From assembly GCA_964247055.1 (NCBI GenBank), contig OZ176056.1, forward strand, positions 5,580,001 through 5,644,000: a stretch of 64,000 bases of DNA. Reading direction: 5' to 3'. Positions 53,501 to 64,000 of this stretch are shown piece by piece (position 1 is the first letter of the stretch; every line of letters starts with the position of its first letter). Made by a program: the position numbers and the translations under genes. The notes under the pieces were generated by a model that worked only from the letters and a program-made list of their open reading frames with translations, made no database searches and was not told where the DNA came from. The stretch is from Paragordius varius. Taxonomy: Eukaryota; Animalia; Nematomorpha.

Positions 53501-54819
53501 TGAGAAACAGGTTAGGATATATCCTTTATTTTTAAAGATGGGAAATAAAATGCTTTTTTCCCAGTCTGTGGGTATTTTCATTTCAACTATTATTTTGTTA
53601 AATAAATTAGAAGCATGGAAATATAGGGTATTAATTTTATGATATAAAAACATAGTTCACTAGGCCCGAAGCCTTATTTGATTTGATTCGGTCTAAGGCA
53701 ATTTCAATTTTTTGTATTGTGAATGTCTTTAATGGACCACAACAGGGATCTCTGCCAGAATTTATGTTGGGTGTTAAAGGGTTGTTTAGATTTTGATTTA
53801 TAATTATTGAGAAAATTCGTAAGACCGTATTTCAACCACAACAAATAAATATAGCAAAATTAAAGCATCCAAAATTTCTGAATATACTCAAAACACAGAT
53901 TTACATTTACCGGAACAAAACGATGTCGAAATTTTATGGAAAATTTTTAATCCACAATTCTTACATCTGCCAAAAAACTTTGCGGCTTTACAAAACCTAT
54001 GAGACATCGAAAATTTGGTGGTGGAAAAATGATATAAAACCATTGTTTCGCGAAATATGCGAAGCCTATAAAAAATGGATCTTAAACTTTAAGATATTCA
54101 AATTTTAAATAGCTCTAGGATATAAAATTACCATAAAGGGTAATGGAGTGTTAAAAAAGTAAATAAGTAAAAATTAAAATTTTAGGTAAGTTAAATTTAC
54201 CTTCCACGTTGTGATAAGAGAGTATAGATATTGGCTCGTTATCACGATTCTATATATCATTATTAAATAAAAGGCTTTGAAATTGTTATCAAAATTAATT
54301 TTTTTGAAACAAAATATTAACTTACAGGATGATTAAGACTTCTTTGGATAATATTACGACTGAGTTGGGCCATATGCAAAGTATTTAACTTGGAAAACGA
54401 TTCCAAAATTAGGGGATTTATAATTTTTTTATAATAGGACAAAGCATAGCCGTAAAATTGAATCCCGTCTTCCTGGGTTAAAATAAAGGGATGAAAATGG
54501 CTGGCGCCTTCTATTGTAGTTTTGGATTTGAGATTGAAATCTGTATATATTTTAAAAAAATACTTTTTTCCTTTTTTGTGAGTAACTTTAATTTTATCCC
54601 ATATGGACAACATAACTATGGATTAAAAATTGAATATACAGAGACTATTGTATCATCATATTTAATATTAGTGGAATTGTGTTCGCAAATAATTGATGGT
54701 TGAAAATTATTATTTATAGGATTTGTATATTTATCTAAATTAAATAATATTATACCATGGTTTACAATTTTTAGCTCATTATTGGGGTTTAGACCTAAAA
54801 CCAAAAAATTTAAAACCAT
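21653..54819 (-). CDS. DENND5: DENN domain-containing protein 5 (Rab6-interacting protein 1) homologue
   Basis: Phase-consistent exons: 54819-54640, 54615-54564, 54540-54326 (uDENN, FHPFILTQEDG); 48066-47920, 47844-47790, 47446-47242, 47219-47186, 46649-46621, 46174-46137, 45662-45543, 44984-44797 (cDENN, YPFEYNHVYVPLLP...APVPF); 43703-43371, 43306-43261, 42915-42691, 42387-~42184 (dDENN, FDKEAFL...ETQLF); unresolved ~42045-41835 and ~35050-34540; 34067-33965, 33904-33877, 33818-33648, 33074-32870, 32768-~32430, ~32357-32268, ~31590-31028, 30677-30522, 26621-26500 (RUN1: HWKFV, CDLLCRVWSHG, RCWIKLQLE, KRYAFIRC...DYFCFTN); ~26392-26315, 24998-24871, 24784-24648 (PLAT, VRNELTG); 24581-24528, 24426-24167, 23310-23166, 22852-22519, 21830-21653 (RUN2, HLLHHY...YED, stop TAA). 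Confidence 0.92.
27150..27272 (-). mobile_element. tRNA-derived SINE copy, 5'-clipped
   Basis: Closely similar to 48765-48912, with a B-box-like GAGTTCGAACCCC. Confidence 0.65.
27586..29730. mobile_element. ~2.1-kb element with ~350-400-bp inverted terminal arms
   Basis: 27586-27940 is an inverted match to 29300-29730. It includes a 40-bp identical core (27866-27905 / 29336-29375). The interior has no recognisable ORF. Confidence 0.65.
29850..30015. mobile_element. Tc1/mariner-type MITE, 166 bp, inserted in (TA)n
   Basis: Near-perfect TIR of about 40 bp (CAGTAGCGTTTGGAGTAAAATAATATTAGTCCATA) with TA on both flanks. Confidence 0.88.
34875..34942. repeat. (TA)n microsatellite, longest of many
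   Basis: About 34 units. Others at about 624, 1279, 42131, 45664, 47483, 48103 and 54914. Confidence 0.95.
35100..38068 (-). mobile_element. Degenerate Gypsy internal region (left arm of palindrome)
   Basis: gag remnant ELKNLAAACQFKGYIDELIREIFICGL, a CxxCxxxxHxxxxC knuckle, and RT/RNase H/integrase remnants. Confidence 0.85.
38068..41360 (+). mobile_element. Degenerate Gypsy internal region (right arm of palindrome)
   Basis: ORF remnants AVYLDDV, SFRSFLGLFNF, YGRKFDIRTDH, VFWP...CSNCQ, WERLHLDIAGP, FARYGTPKMIVTDNA. Inverted copy of 35120-37912. Confidence 0.88.
48765..48912 (-). mobile_element. tRNA-derived SINE
   Basis: The minus strand reads TGGTATAGTAGGTAGGGCGCCGGACTCTTACACTGCGTGCCAGAGTTCGAACCCC (A box, anticodon-loop-like segment, B box), followed by a body shared with 27150-27272. 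Confidence 0.7.
49570..52500 (-). mobile_element. Decayed RTE-clade LINE (APE + RT)
   Basis: Remnants VVNTHFKKK...ITYNSG (APE), PSDWKNSIIIPIYKNK, VFVDLERAFD, GLHQGSILSPLLF, a YADD-like motif, FVYL, and GKRRKGRP. Confidence 0.85.
52680..54090 (-). mobile_element. Second RTE-type LINE fragment with an inverted 5' segment
   Basis: The minus-strand RT-to-3' part is 53790-52680 (KIPTDWEKSILFPIFKNKG; RYYRHIQRM). 53790-54090 is the reverse complement of 51370-51665. Confidence 0.75.
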
Positions 54820-54910
54820 TCTCAATTTAAAAATTTAAATAATAACTTGAAATGGTAACAGATGTTAAATACACTGCGTCCAAAATTAGGGGTATAAAAA
54901 TATTCTATAG

Positions 54911-54954
<44 letters not shown>

Positions 54955-54989
54955 TCTGAGAGGATAATTGTTTAAAATATTATAGTGCT

Positions 54990-55420
54990 ATGGTTTTGGC
55001 GCTTACAATTGATATAAGAAATATTATCACTTTTATAGTAACTGGTCCATATCAGAAAATAACAAAATTTGCGCACCTTTACACAAAATATTTTCAAAGA
55101 AAGGAGAATATAAGTTATATAACCTACATAAAAATATATTGAAAAAATTATTTTATTGATTTAAGCCATGAAAGTCCCAAATTGTCTCGCTTTTGTAAAA
55201 TGGGATAGTTCTCTTAATATAAACGCAAAAATAGGGATATTGTGGGATAAAGATTTGATAATTAGATATAAACTAAAAATATATTTTATAATGTATACTT
55301 TTTTATCAATTAATTTTTATCAGAGTTTTGTTGAGGTTTACTTTATACTCTTTTGAGGGATCACGGATATGGTATAAGAACGCTTTGAGATATTATAAAT
55401 ATATATTTAAATAAATCTTA
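54990..55420 (+). CDS. Candidate small spliced gene divergent from DENND5 (hypothetical)
   Basis: 54990-55113 and 55166-~55290 join in phase 1 across a 52-nt GT-AG intron. A further 31-nt intron gives about 115 aa. No recognised homology. Confidence 0.25.
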
Positions 55421-56499
55421 GTTTCTTAACATATCACATCTGAAACAAAAATAATTGTTCTCTCTCAAAAGAAAAAATTGTTTTTTTACAGATATTTACT
55501 ATTTAAAAACAAACGAATCTTTAAATTAATGATGAAGCGATGAAAATGTTGAGTATATCCAATTTATAGAAGTAGTGTTTTTATAATATTTTATCGCATG
55601 TTTATGCCGTTTTTATCATCTTTTATTAGGGGTAGTACCTTAGAGCTTTTATTGTTATGAAAATTGCTTTGGTACATCTTCCCATGTATTAGATAAAAAA
55701 TATATATTTTACAGTTTTTTGACTGGTTATAAATTCTGATAGCCCCAAAACACGAATGAAGATGCACCGTGATATTTAAATCGATAAAAATCACATATTT
55801 TCTTGTGAATTGTATATAAAAGCCATCCAATGTTAATTATATATATTTGTGAACCATCGTATACATTTATTTGCCTGTTCTCATGATTTAAAATGTTTAA
55901 AAGGAAAAAGCGTCGAAATGGTTAATGAGGATTTTTTAAAATTTTTTTAGAAAAAATCATTCACTTAAAAGTGTAAATAAATCATATTTTTAAATTTGCC
56001 CAACTCTATAAATATTTATAAATATATTTATATTTTAAAAGACCGTGAGGTCACCAAAATATAGTAAGATGGGTGCCGATTAGACTTAAATGTCCTAACA
56101 AATTAGAGATGTACTCAAGTCCGTAAATTGTTATATTTCTTAAGCAAATTTTCTGATTAAAATTTTTCAACTGGAAACGAAATTAAAAAATTGGTGAAAG
56201 GGAAAAATTGTAGTTAATAGTATTTTAAAGTTCTATGTTTGATATTTGCCGCCAGTGGTGTCATATTTGGTGGATACTCATGTTAAAGTAATTTTGTATG
56301 GCATATTTAAAACATTTATGAGTTTTGATAACAGTTATTTATATAACTTCTTCATGTACATAGTACTGAAAACCGAAAATATTTTAATTCGATAATGTAA
56401 AGAAATAATTTATTAAAAATTAAAACGATTATCCCGCATTTACAAAATCTATATTAATGTACTTAAGGACAAACATATATAAGATTTAAATTATAATGA

Positions 56500-59385
56500 T
56501 GTTAATGGTTGGTTGGTTTTTCCTAAGTCGTAAACGACTTTTTGGATATAGTTTTAACTATTTCTTTCCATTTTTTTCTATCTTTAACCGCTATATTGAG
56601 CTCTTTCAGTGTCATTTTGGTCTCTTCTTTTATCATATCCAACCACCTCATCGGTGGTCGGCCTCGTTTCCTTTGCCCTTCTACCTTCCTAAACATTGTA
56701 TCTTTCTCCAGAGAATTCGATCGCATGACATGACCAAAATATGTTAACTTTCTTTTTACAATTATCTCCATGATGTTTGTTTTAGGTTTTATTTCTGTAG
56801 TTAGACTTTCATTCTTAATTTTATCCTTCCAGGTGTATCCTAGCATCCTACGCCAGCAGCTCCTTTCAAAAGCCATGAGCCTTTCTTTGTCCCTTTTTCT
56901 GAGAGTCCAACTCTCACATCCATATGTGGTGACCGGGAGAACGAAACAGTAGAGTAATCTTTTTTTGGTTTCAACTCCTACGCTTTTGTTTTTCCAAATC
57001 TTTATTAATTTGGTCATCGCTTCTCTACCCAATCCTATTCTCTTTCTGATGTCAGGAGTTGAGACCCATCCTCTGAAATTATTGCGCCCAAAAACGTTAA
57101 CTGTTTAACTATTTCTATTTCTACTCCTTCTATTATAATTGTAGGCTTTTTTCCTGTACATAATATTTTGGTTTTGTTAGGATTAAGCCTAAGACCATAC
57201 CTCAAACTTTCCTTTCGAATCTCTTCAATCAATCCCTTCAAATCATTTGCACTTTCAGCTATAAAAGTGGTATCGTCTGCAAACCTTAAATTATTGATTG
57301 TTCTCCCTCCTATTCTTACTCCAATATTTTTACCATCCAACTTCCTCATTATCATTTCTGTGCACATATTGAACAGATAAGGGGATAAGCAACACCCTTG
57401 TCTGACTCCTTTCAAGATTGGTATTTCGTCTGTGTCCCCCGCTGGTGTTCTAATAATCGCTCTTTGTTTTACATACAGAGAGCTAATCAATCTTATTAAG
57501 TGAGACGATACCCCTACTAACTTTAATGTTTCCCACAAGGAGTCATAGTTAATTGAATCGAATGCTTGTCTGTAATCAATAAAACACATGTATAATTCTT
57601 TCTGGAACTCTTTTGATGTTTCCATTATCCTTCTCATGTTTGAGATATGATCTCTTGTGCTTTTTCCCTTCATAAATCCGGCTTGATTTTCTGGTATTTC
57701 TGTCTGTATGATACTGTGCATTCTGTTTTGTATTACTTTTAGTAAGACCTTACTAGCGTGGCTAATAAGAGATATGTTCCGATAATTCTCGCATTGGAGT
57801 ACATCTCCTTTTTTATATATTGGGAGATATACAGATGATGCCCAATCGTTTGGCCACTCACATGTTTCCCACACCTTTTGACATAACTGGTGTAACTTTT
57901 CAACGGGAATAGCTTTTATAAACTCTATTGTTGTCTAATCCCATCGCTTTGTTGTTAGGAATTTGTCTTAAGGCTAATTCAACCTCCTCTCTTAATATAT
58001 CTGGATCACGTTCTTCTTCTTTTAATTGCAACACCTTTGTTTGAGGAGCCTGATAGAGTTTTTGGGTGTATTCCTTCCATCTTTCTCGTACTTCTGTTTG
58101 TTTGCACAATATGGTGCCATTCTCTTTTTTAATCTTTTGTGATGATATAAAAGGTTTATGAGTCATTTGCTTCAGTTTCTGGAACATTGGTTGCATTAAT
58201 CCTTTTTTGTTATTTAATTCCACTTCCAGACATTGTTTATTAAGAAAATCTTCGTAATCCTTCCTTGTTTGTCGTTGAAATTCTTTGTTATATAATTTTA
58301 CCATTTTATTATCACCTCTTGATTTAGCTTTTCTCCTCTTTTCTGCTATCTCTATACTCTTTTCTGATATCCATTTGTTATCTTTCCTCTTTACTCTCTG
58401 CACTTTTTCTTTTGCCACTTCATTAACAGCATTTTTTATCGTTCCCCATAATTGTTCTGAGCTACATCCATTGTCCAATCTTCCTAATCTATCTTTGGTT
58501 TCTGTTCTAAAACTATTTGGAATGTTCCGAGTGTCATATCTGTATATCTGTTTAACCTTATTTTTAATTATTTTAAGTTTGATTTTGGTTATTAAAAGCT
58601 CATGATCGCTAGAATCGCTGCTTTTGCTTGTTTTGGTATCGATTATAGAGCTTTTCCATTTTTGAGGACACATTATGTAATCAATTTGATTCTTATATTT
58701 ACCACATGGAGAGGTCCATGTGTATAACCTCCTTTTGTGTTGTGGAAACCATGTGTTGGTTATCATCATCTCATTTTCTTGACAAAAATTGATCAGTGCT
58801 TCCCCGGCCCTGTTTCGTTCTCCCAATCCATATGGCCCGACTATTTGATCTACTCTACCTCTACCAACTTTGCTGTTCCAATCCCCTCCTATGATAATCA
58901 TATCTCCTTTCTTCGTTTCATCCAAAACTATTTGCAACGTTGCATAAAAGTCCTCTATGTCTTCTTTGGGAGCGTTTGACGTAGGAGCATAGACTACTAT
59001 GTATGTAAATTTAAGTGGCTTGGCATTCAGCCTAATACTCATGATTCTGGGTGTATATGGTGTATAACTAATGAGACTTTTATTTAATTTGTTTTTTATT
59101 AATACTGCAACGCCTTCTGATTTCTGGTCATCTCTCCCCGATCTTAACAATGTATAATTTTCGTTTTGTACTTTCGCGCTACCTTTTTGCTTGGTTTCCG
59201 TTAGACCCAGTATATCTATGTTCAATCTTTCCATTTCCTTTTCAATTATCACCTGTTTGGTTGATGTTAAGGAACGTACATTCCAGCATCCAACTTTGAA
59301 AATTCTTGTTAAGTTCATTTAGTAAAACTATTTTTTGGCAGTAATAAACGAGGGTGGTTTGCCATTGCCTTCCCTCTCACTTACC
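56500..59385 (-). mobile_element. Near full-length RTE (BovB-like) LINE, two frame breaks
   Basis: APE ORF 59318-57900 (VGCWNVRSL, VYAPT, GDWNSKVG, NQIDY, SDH), RT 57874-57035 (QGCCLSP, LRFADD), C-terminus 57032-56523. The 5' UTR has GGAAGGCAATGGCAAACCAC and the 3' end has an (ACCA)n tail. Confidence 0.95.
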
Positions 59386-62300
59386 CTCTTTACAAAAAAT
59401 AAATATCTAGAATAATTAAAATTAAAGAGTAATCTTTATAAATGTTGTTAATTTGGATAAATTATAAATATTGATATTTTGCTCTGTCTGGCAATCATAA
59501 AGGAAAAATATAAAGAAATTATGGCTAGGCTAGTAAAAATAAAATAATTAGGCACCAAGGAGTAGAGAAAAAAAAAAAGAGAGAGAATCAATATTTATCT
59601 GAATAAAGGTTTATTTGGAATTACTTTTATGTTCAGCTGATGGACAATTTTGTTAGCTAAATTTTAACCTCTTTATCCATAAAACCACTAATTTTATTAC
59701 TTATGATAATTGAAATTAGATTATGCCATAAAAATTTTGGGAAAAAGCAATTTAAATTTTTCTCATTCAGCCAAATTCCAAACATACCCAAATATCGCTT
59801 TTACAAATTATTTTTTAATATCTTAAAATTTTGCCAATATTTATATTATACATTTCAAACTCAAATGTTTTTTTCATTCTAATCATGCATGGGCCTTAAA
59901 AATATTTAACTTTTAAAAATATATGCCAATGGTGCTAAATTGTATAAGGTGTAGCATCAAAAATAAACCAAATTAATGGGTATTTAAAAATTAGATTATA
60001 AGATTCTAGATACGGCAATACCGTTTATAATATTTAAACATTAATAAAACTTTCTCTAAAATTGTTTCCCTCAATATTGATTATGCAATTTAGGCAATAT
60101 TTAAAAAGTAATATTAATTATTTAAACTTTTGGCACAGATTCGTTGCATTGACATCTTTAGAACATGGCTTTAAACTTTTGTAGTTACCGATCCCATTTA
60201 TGATTGCGAGTACCCCAACAAATATAAAAGAAAAATAATAATTTCGAAATAACACTTAGAAATTTTGTTGATAATATTTATCAGGATTATTCCGGTTTTG
60301 AGAGGTTGACAAAAATAAATCTACATTTTTTATAAATTTCTATAACATTTTCTAATTAATAGTAAATTTATACAAGATACTAGCTGACCCTGTCTTTTGG
60401 TGTGGCGTAGTCTCACCGATAAATATTTTTAATAATTTGCAATAAGTAGTTAATGGAGATAAAAAATAATAATAAACATATTTAATAAAAAGAATGACTT
60501 TAATTATTTTTATACGGATTTTTCATATGATGAAATATTGTTCACTCGAAATTGACCATATTTAATCTATCCCTTATTAAAGATATTCAACTATCATTGG
60601 ATTTATTTTAAAATTTTCGTTTTACGAAATCATGGTTAAAAGTTTTAATTTGAAATTGTGTTCAAACAGCGGGGATCAAGGGAATAAAAAGTAAATCATT
60701 TGTGGTCCCTTTTTAAAGGAAAGTATGAAATTATACAAATTCCCCAGAAATGTGTTTAACTGAACTCGAATGTCTTCTTAAGTTTTTTGAAAATTAGCTC
60801 CAAAACTACGCTTATTTTGTATGGCGTCTAAGTTTTAGGCTGGTAGACCCCTACCCATAGACCTATATGGAATAAGCGCAGAGTTAAATTCTTTGCCTTT
60901 ATAATATTAACGACTATTAAAAAAATCCACCTTAATTTTTACCTAATTACAGGTAATATTTCGAGCTTTTAATGAGCTCCTATGGCTTCATAAACCTGTA
61001 AATTAGCTCCAAAACAATGCAATTTCTATATAGTGGCGCAGTTTTAGCGGTTATCTGTTTTCCCAGTACCTAATGTTAAAAACACAAAACTAAAATTTGT
61101 GCCTTTAAACAGAAAATAACTCGAAATTTCAGTAATTTTAACGGTCTGGGAAAAAATTATTTAGTTTTTTTTAAAAAATGGGATCTTAAGGGGGAAACGG
61201 GTAAAAAGGAGCCTAAATTGAAAGTGTAAGCCGAAATCGAAAAAAGTAAAAATAATCATATTTGAAATCGAAAGGTACAACACCTTTTCCGGAAAATTGT
61301 CTCAAAGACACGATTTTTCTGGACTTCTGTTGTCAAAAAACCCGTTATTTACACGGGGCGGGCCCTAACTGGGAGCCTAATTCAATAAAAGGGCGGAGCT
61401 ATTGTCGGGGCAATGTTAATATTTTTTGACATTTGGATTTGAATCGGTCTACCCGTTTTCCGGAAACAGATCAAAGCCAGCATTTTCCATTTTTATAATA
61501 TATAGATCATAATGATCGGAAATGATGATATAAACATTCCGAACCAAAAGATTTTATGATAATAACAATAATTTTACAAGTTTAAAAACATTTTTTGTTA
61601 AACTGTACTTTTATCACACGTGACCCCATAATTTTGGTACGCGACCCATAATTTAAAAAGCCCTGCTTTAGAATGTTCTACCATAGAAAGAAGTTTTTTA
61701 TATAAAAACAAAATCTTTTTGGGATATTATAAATAATTTTGACATTATATTTGTTTTAATACATTTGCATTTTTTAACAAAATTTTACGCTATAAACGAT
61801 TTGGTTTTTTTGGCTGATTTGGAAAATAGAATACATATCAGTCCTTATAAATTGTCTAAATCAAAATCTTATTAAAAGATGCATCCAATAATTATTTAAA
61901 TCAATGAGAGTATGTTTTTTACCCTGCTAAAAGCGGTCACATCATGACACAATTGATCAAGACATGTAAAAATGTCACTTACCTATACATAGGAAAATAC
62001 AAGTCTTGTAACCCGAGCCTAAAATCGGTTACAAAACGGTTTTCAAAATTTTTTCTCCGATTTTCACATTTTTTTCGTTTTTAGAACTGGTTCTCAATAG
62101 AATAAAACCGATTCTTAAAATGGTCCCGATCGTATATCCAAATATCTGTTATTCTGAAAACATTCACATCTAAGCACACCTATTATATTAAATTAGATAT
62201 GTAAGGGTTAATTCATTTATTTTTTGCCATTTAATCATCTCACAAATTCCTTTAGTCATAATTAAAAATACCCTTTTTAAAATTTTAAACTTAATAGTTA

Positions 62301-62822
62301 GAGGTTTCTTTTCTTAAAAATAATAAAGTTAGTTGTGAACCACTAATAGATATCTCGTTGATAATCCTGCAAGTTTGGAAAAAACGTTTTAAGTGTAACT
62401 TTTAATGTTTAAAATTAGCGTTATGTGATCTTTTAATTTATAATTCCCATTTATAGCAATGGTATTCTTGTACTTCAAAATACTTTACATAAAGTGGTTT
62501 TTTATCCTCAATTGCAAAAATAATGTTTTAAAGGATCCAACAAAAAAAAGGCATACAGATGCATTTTAAATCATTATAGGAGCGTGTAAATTGAACCGGT
62601 TAAAACGTTTCTTGAAAATTTTAACTCCTTCCAGCTCCTATTCATTATATTTTTTGGTTTCAAAACCGTTTTTTAAATTGGATATTCCAAAACGTTTTAA
62701 ATTGTTAAAACTGTTTTGGTTTCCAAGCCCTGAATACATAATATTTCGCATAAAATTTGCGTGTGTAAAAACCTTTATTGATAAATTAACAGTAAATGCA
62801 AAAGGTAGATCATAACTGATAT

Positions 62823-63646
62823 TTAAACTTGTATTTTGAACCAATTTTTACGACTTGTGACACTCTTAGTGCTACTTCCCTCTGCAGAAGTTATCGAAGA
62901 ATTTCCTTTAGTACTAATCTCCTTCAATTTGGGATTTTTATTGCGTGTCGCCTTCTGTAAATGAAATAGCAATTTAAAGTGCACAATTGAATGATGCAAA
63001 AATAAGAAGGGATATACTTTTGGCTTAGCAGTTAGCGTATGAGAACGATACACAAACTCAAGGATGGCCATGACCAAAGAAATACATAATCCACCAATAA
63101 GTATATAGAAAATACCAGCCACATTGCTCAGCGTCAATTCATTTTTTGTTACATCCTAGATGAAAATAATTTTAAAATTATCTGATAACTTGATTACATT
63201 GTTGCCAGTTGTGGTTCCGCATTCACCTTTATCATACCACCATTTGTTCTTAAGCCGTTGCAAATCTCCATCTTCCCGTAATTTTAAAACGGCAAAGGTT
63301 ATAGAATCCCTGGAGATTGTTAAAAGACAATATTAACACTATCTTTAAAAATTATGCAAAATATCTTTAAATTTGAGTTGTGTTAAAAATACACAAACCT
63401 TAGATCAGAATCAAGGGGGGTCGCCACCCCATAACCCTTTGAATCCAAATTCTCTCCAACTTTAATTGTATCACACGGTTTTCTATTGCTTATGTAATCG
63501 TTGGTTGTGGACTCCAGCAAATAAGCGTATTTTCCTTTCGACTTTCTAACGCGTTCGACACCTTCTTGTGTTGTTTTGACAAAAACCGATGGTTTCTGTG
63601 TACTCATGAATTGCCACATTTTTTCATAGACTGTAACTTTGGATGT
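62823..63646 (-). CDS. AMPA-type ionotropic glutamate receptor, 3' exons (S2, M4, C-tail)
   Basis: Exons 63646-63399, 63309-63198, 63155-63018 and 62954-62823 (introns of 89, 42 and 63 nt). Motifs: [12 protein letters not shown]...[22 protein letters not shown]...VLKLREDG...[12 protein letters not shown]...[17 protein letters not shown]. The upstream part is outside the window. Confidence 0.95.
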
Positions 63647-64000
63647 CTAGTTTTAAATATGATATTATTAATTCGTTGATTTGTCCATGAATAATATATT
63701 TAATGTTTATATCCTTTCTAATTGTAATAATTTTATTTTTCCATTATAGGTTTCAGATCACCCAATTTAATGAATATGATATTCATCAAAAATACCGTTT
63801 TATTTAATTGAATTCGTTAAAAATATTTTTGACATTCCGAATGTTCTTGGGTAAAAAAAGATATACGTTTTAAGATAATACTAGGCGCAAAATGGCCATA
63901 TAATATATTGATAAGTAACAATATTACTAGCCAATAAAAATAAACAACGAATATATTCAATGACGAAAACATTTACTTCTACTGTGAACTATCAAGGTAA

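Noticed and set aside
50603-58979. Plus-strand hydrophobic ORFs (e.g. 50968, 51321, 52238, 56496, 58285)
   Set aside because: They are antisense shadows of A-rich LINE coding strands.
63310-63398. Vestigial second flip/flop exon (DSVNIVF*) in the 89-nt intron
   Set aside because: It is only 7 codons with an immediate stop, consistent with chance in AT-rich DNA.

Overview
Very AT-rich (roughly 25% GC by eye) animal genomic DNA, TE-rich, standard genetic code. Genes supported: the 5' part of an SLC6 neurotransmitter/amino-acid transporter (minus, 364-3952); a divergent, possibly disrupted APC2 (ANAPC2) cullin-domain gene (minus, about 12330-15050); a 3-exon gene for an 89-aa secreted four-cysteine protein that is absent from the ORF track (plus, 19653-21313); a 33-kb, roughly 30-exon DENND5/Rab6IP1 homologue (uDENN-cDENN-dDENN-RUN-PLAT-RUN; minus, 21653-54819); and the 3' end of an AMPA-type ionotropic glutamate receptor (minus, 62823-63646). 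Introns and intergenic DNA hold Gypsy remnants (one pair forming a ~6-kb palindrome), RTE LINEs, a foldback-like array, MITEs, a tRNA-derived SINE and many (TA)n tracts. The most striking signal is 22-24-nt GT-AG micro-introns, required to restore conserved protein motifs, inside genes that also carry multi-kb introns. All alignments were done by eye against remembered family motifs; no database searches were run and the organism cannot be assigned.
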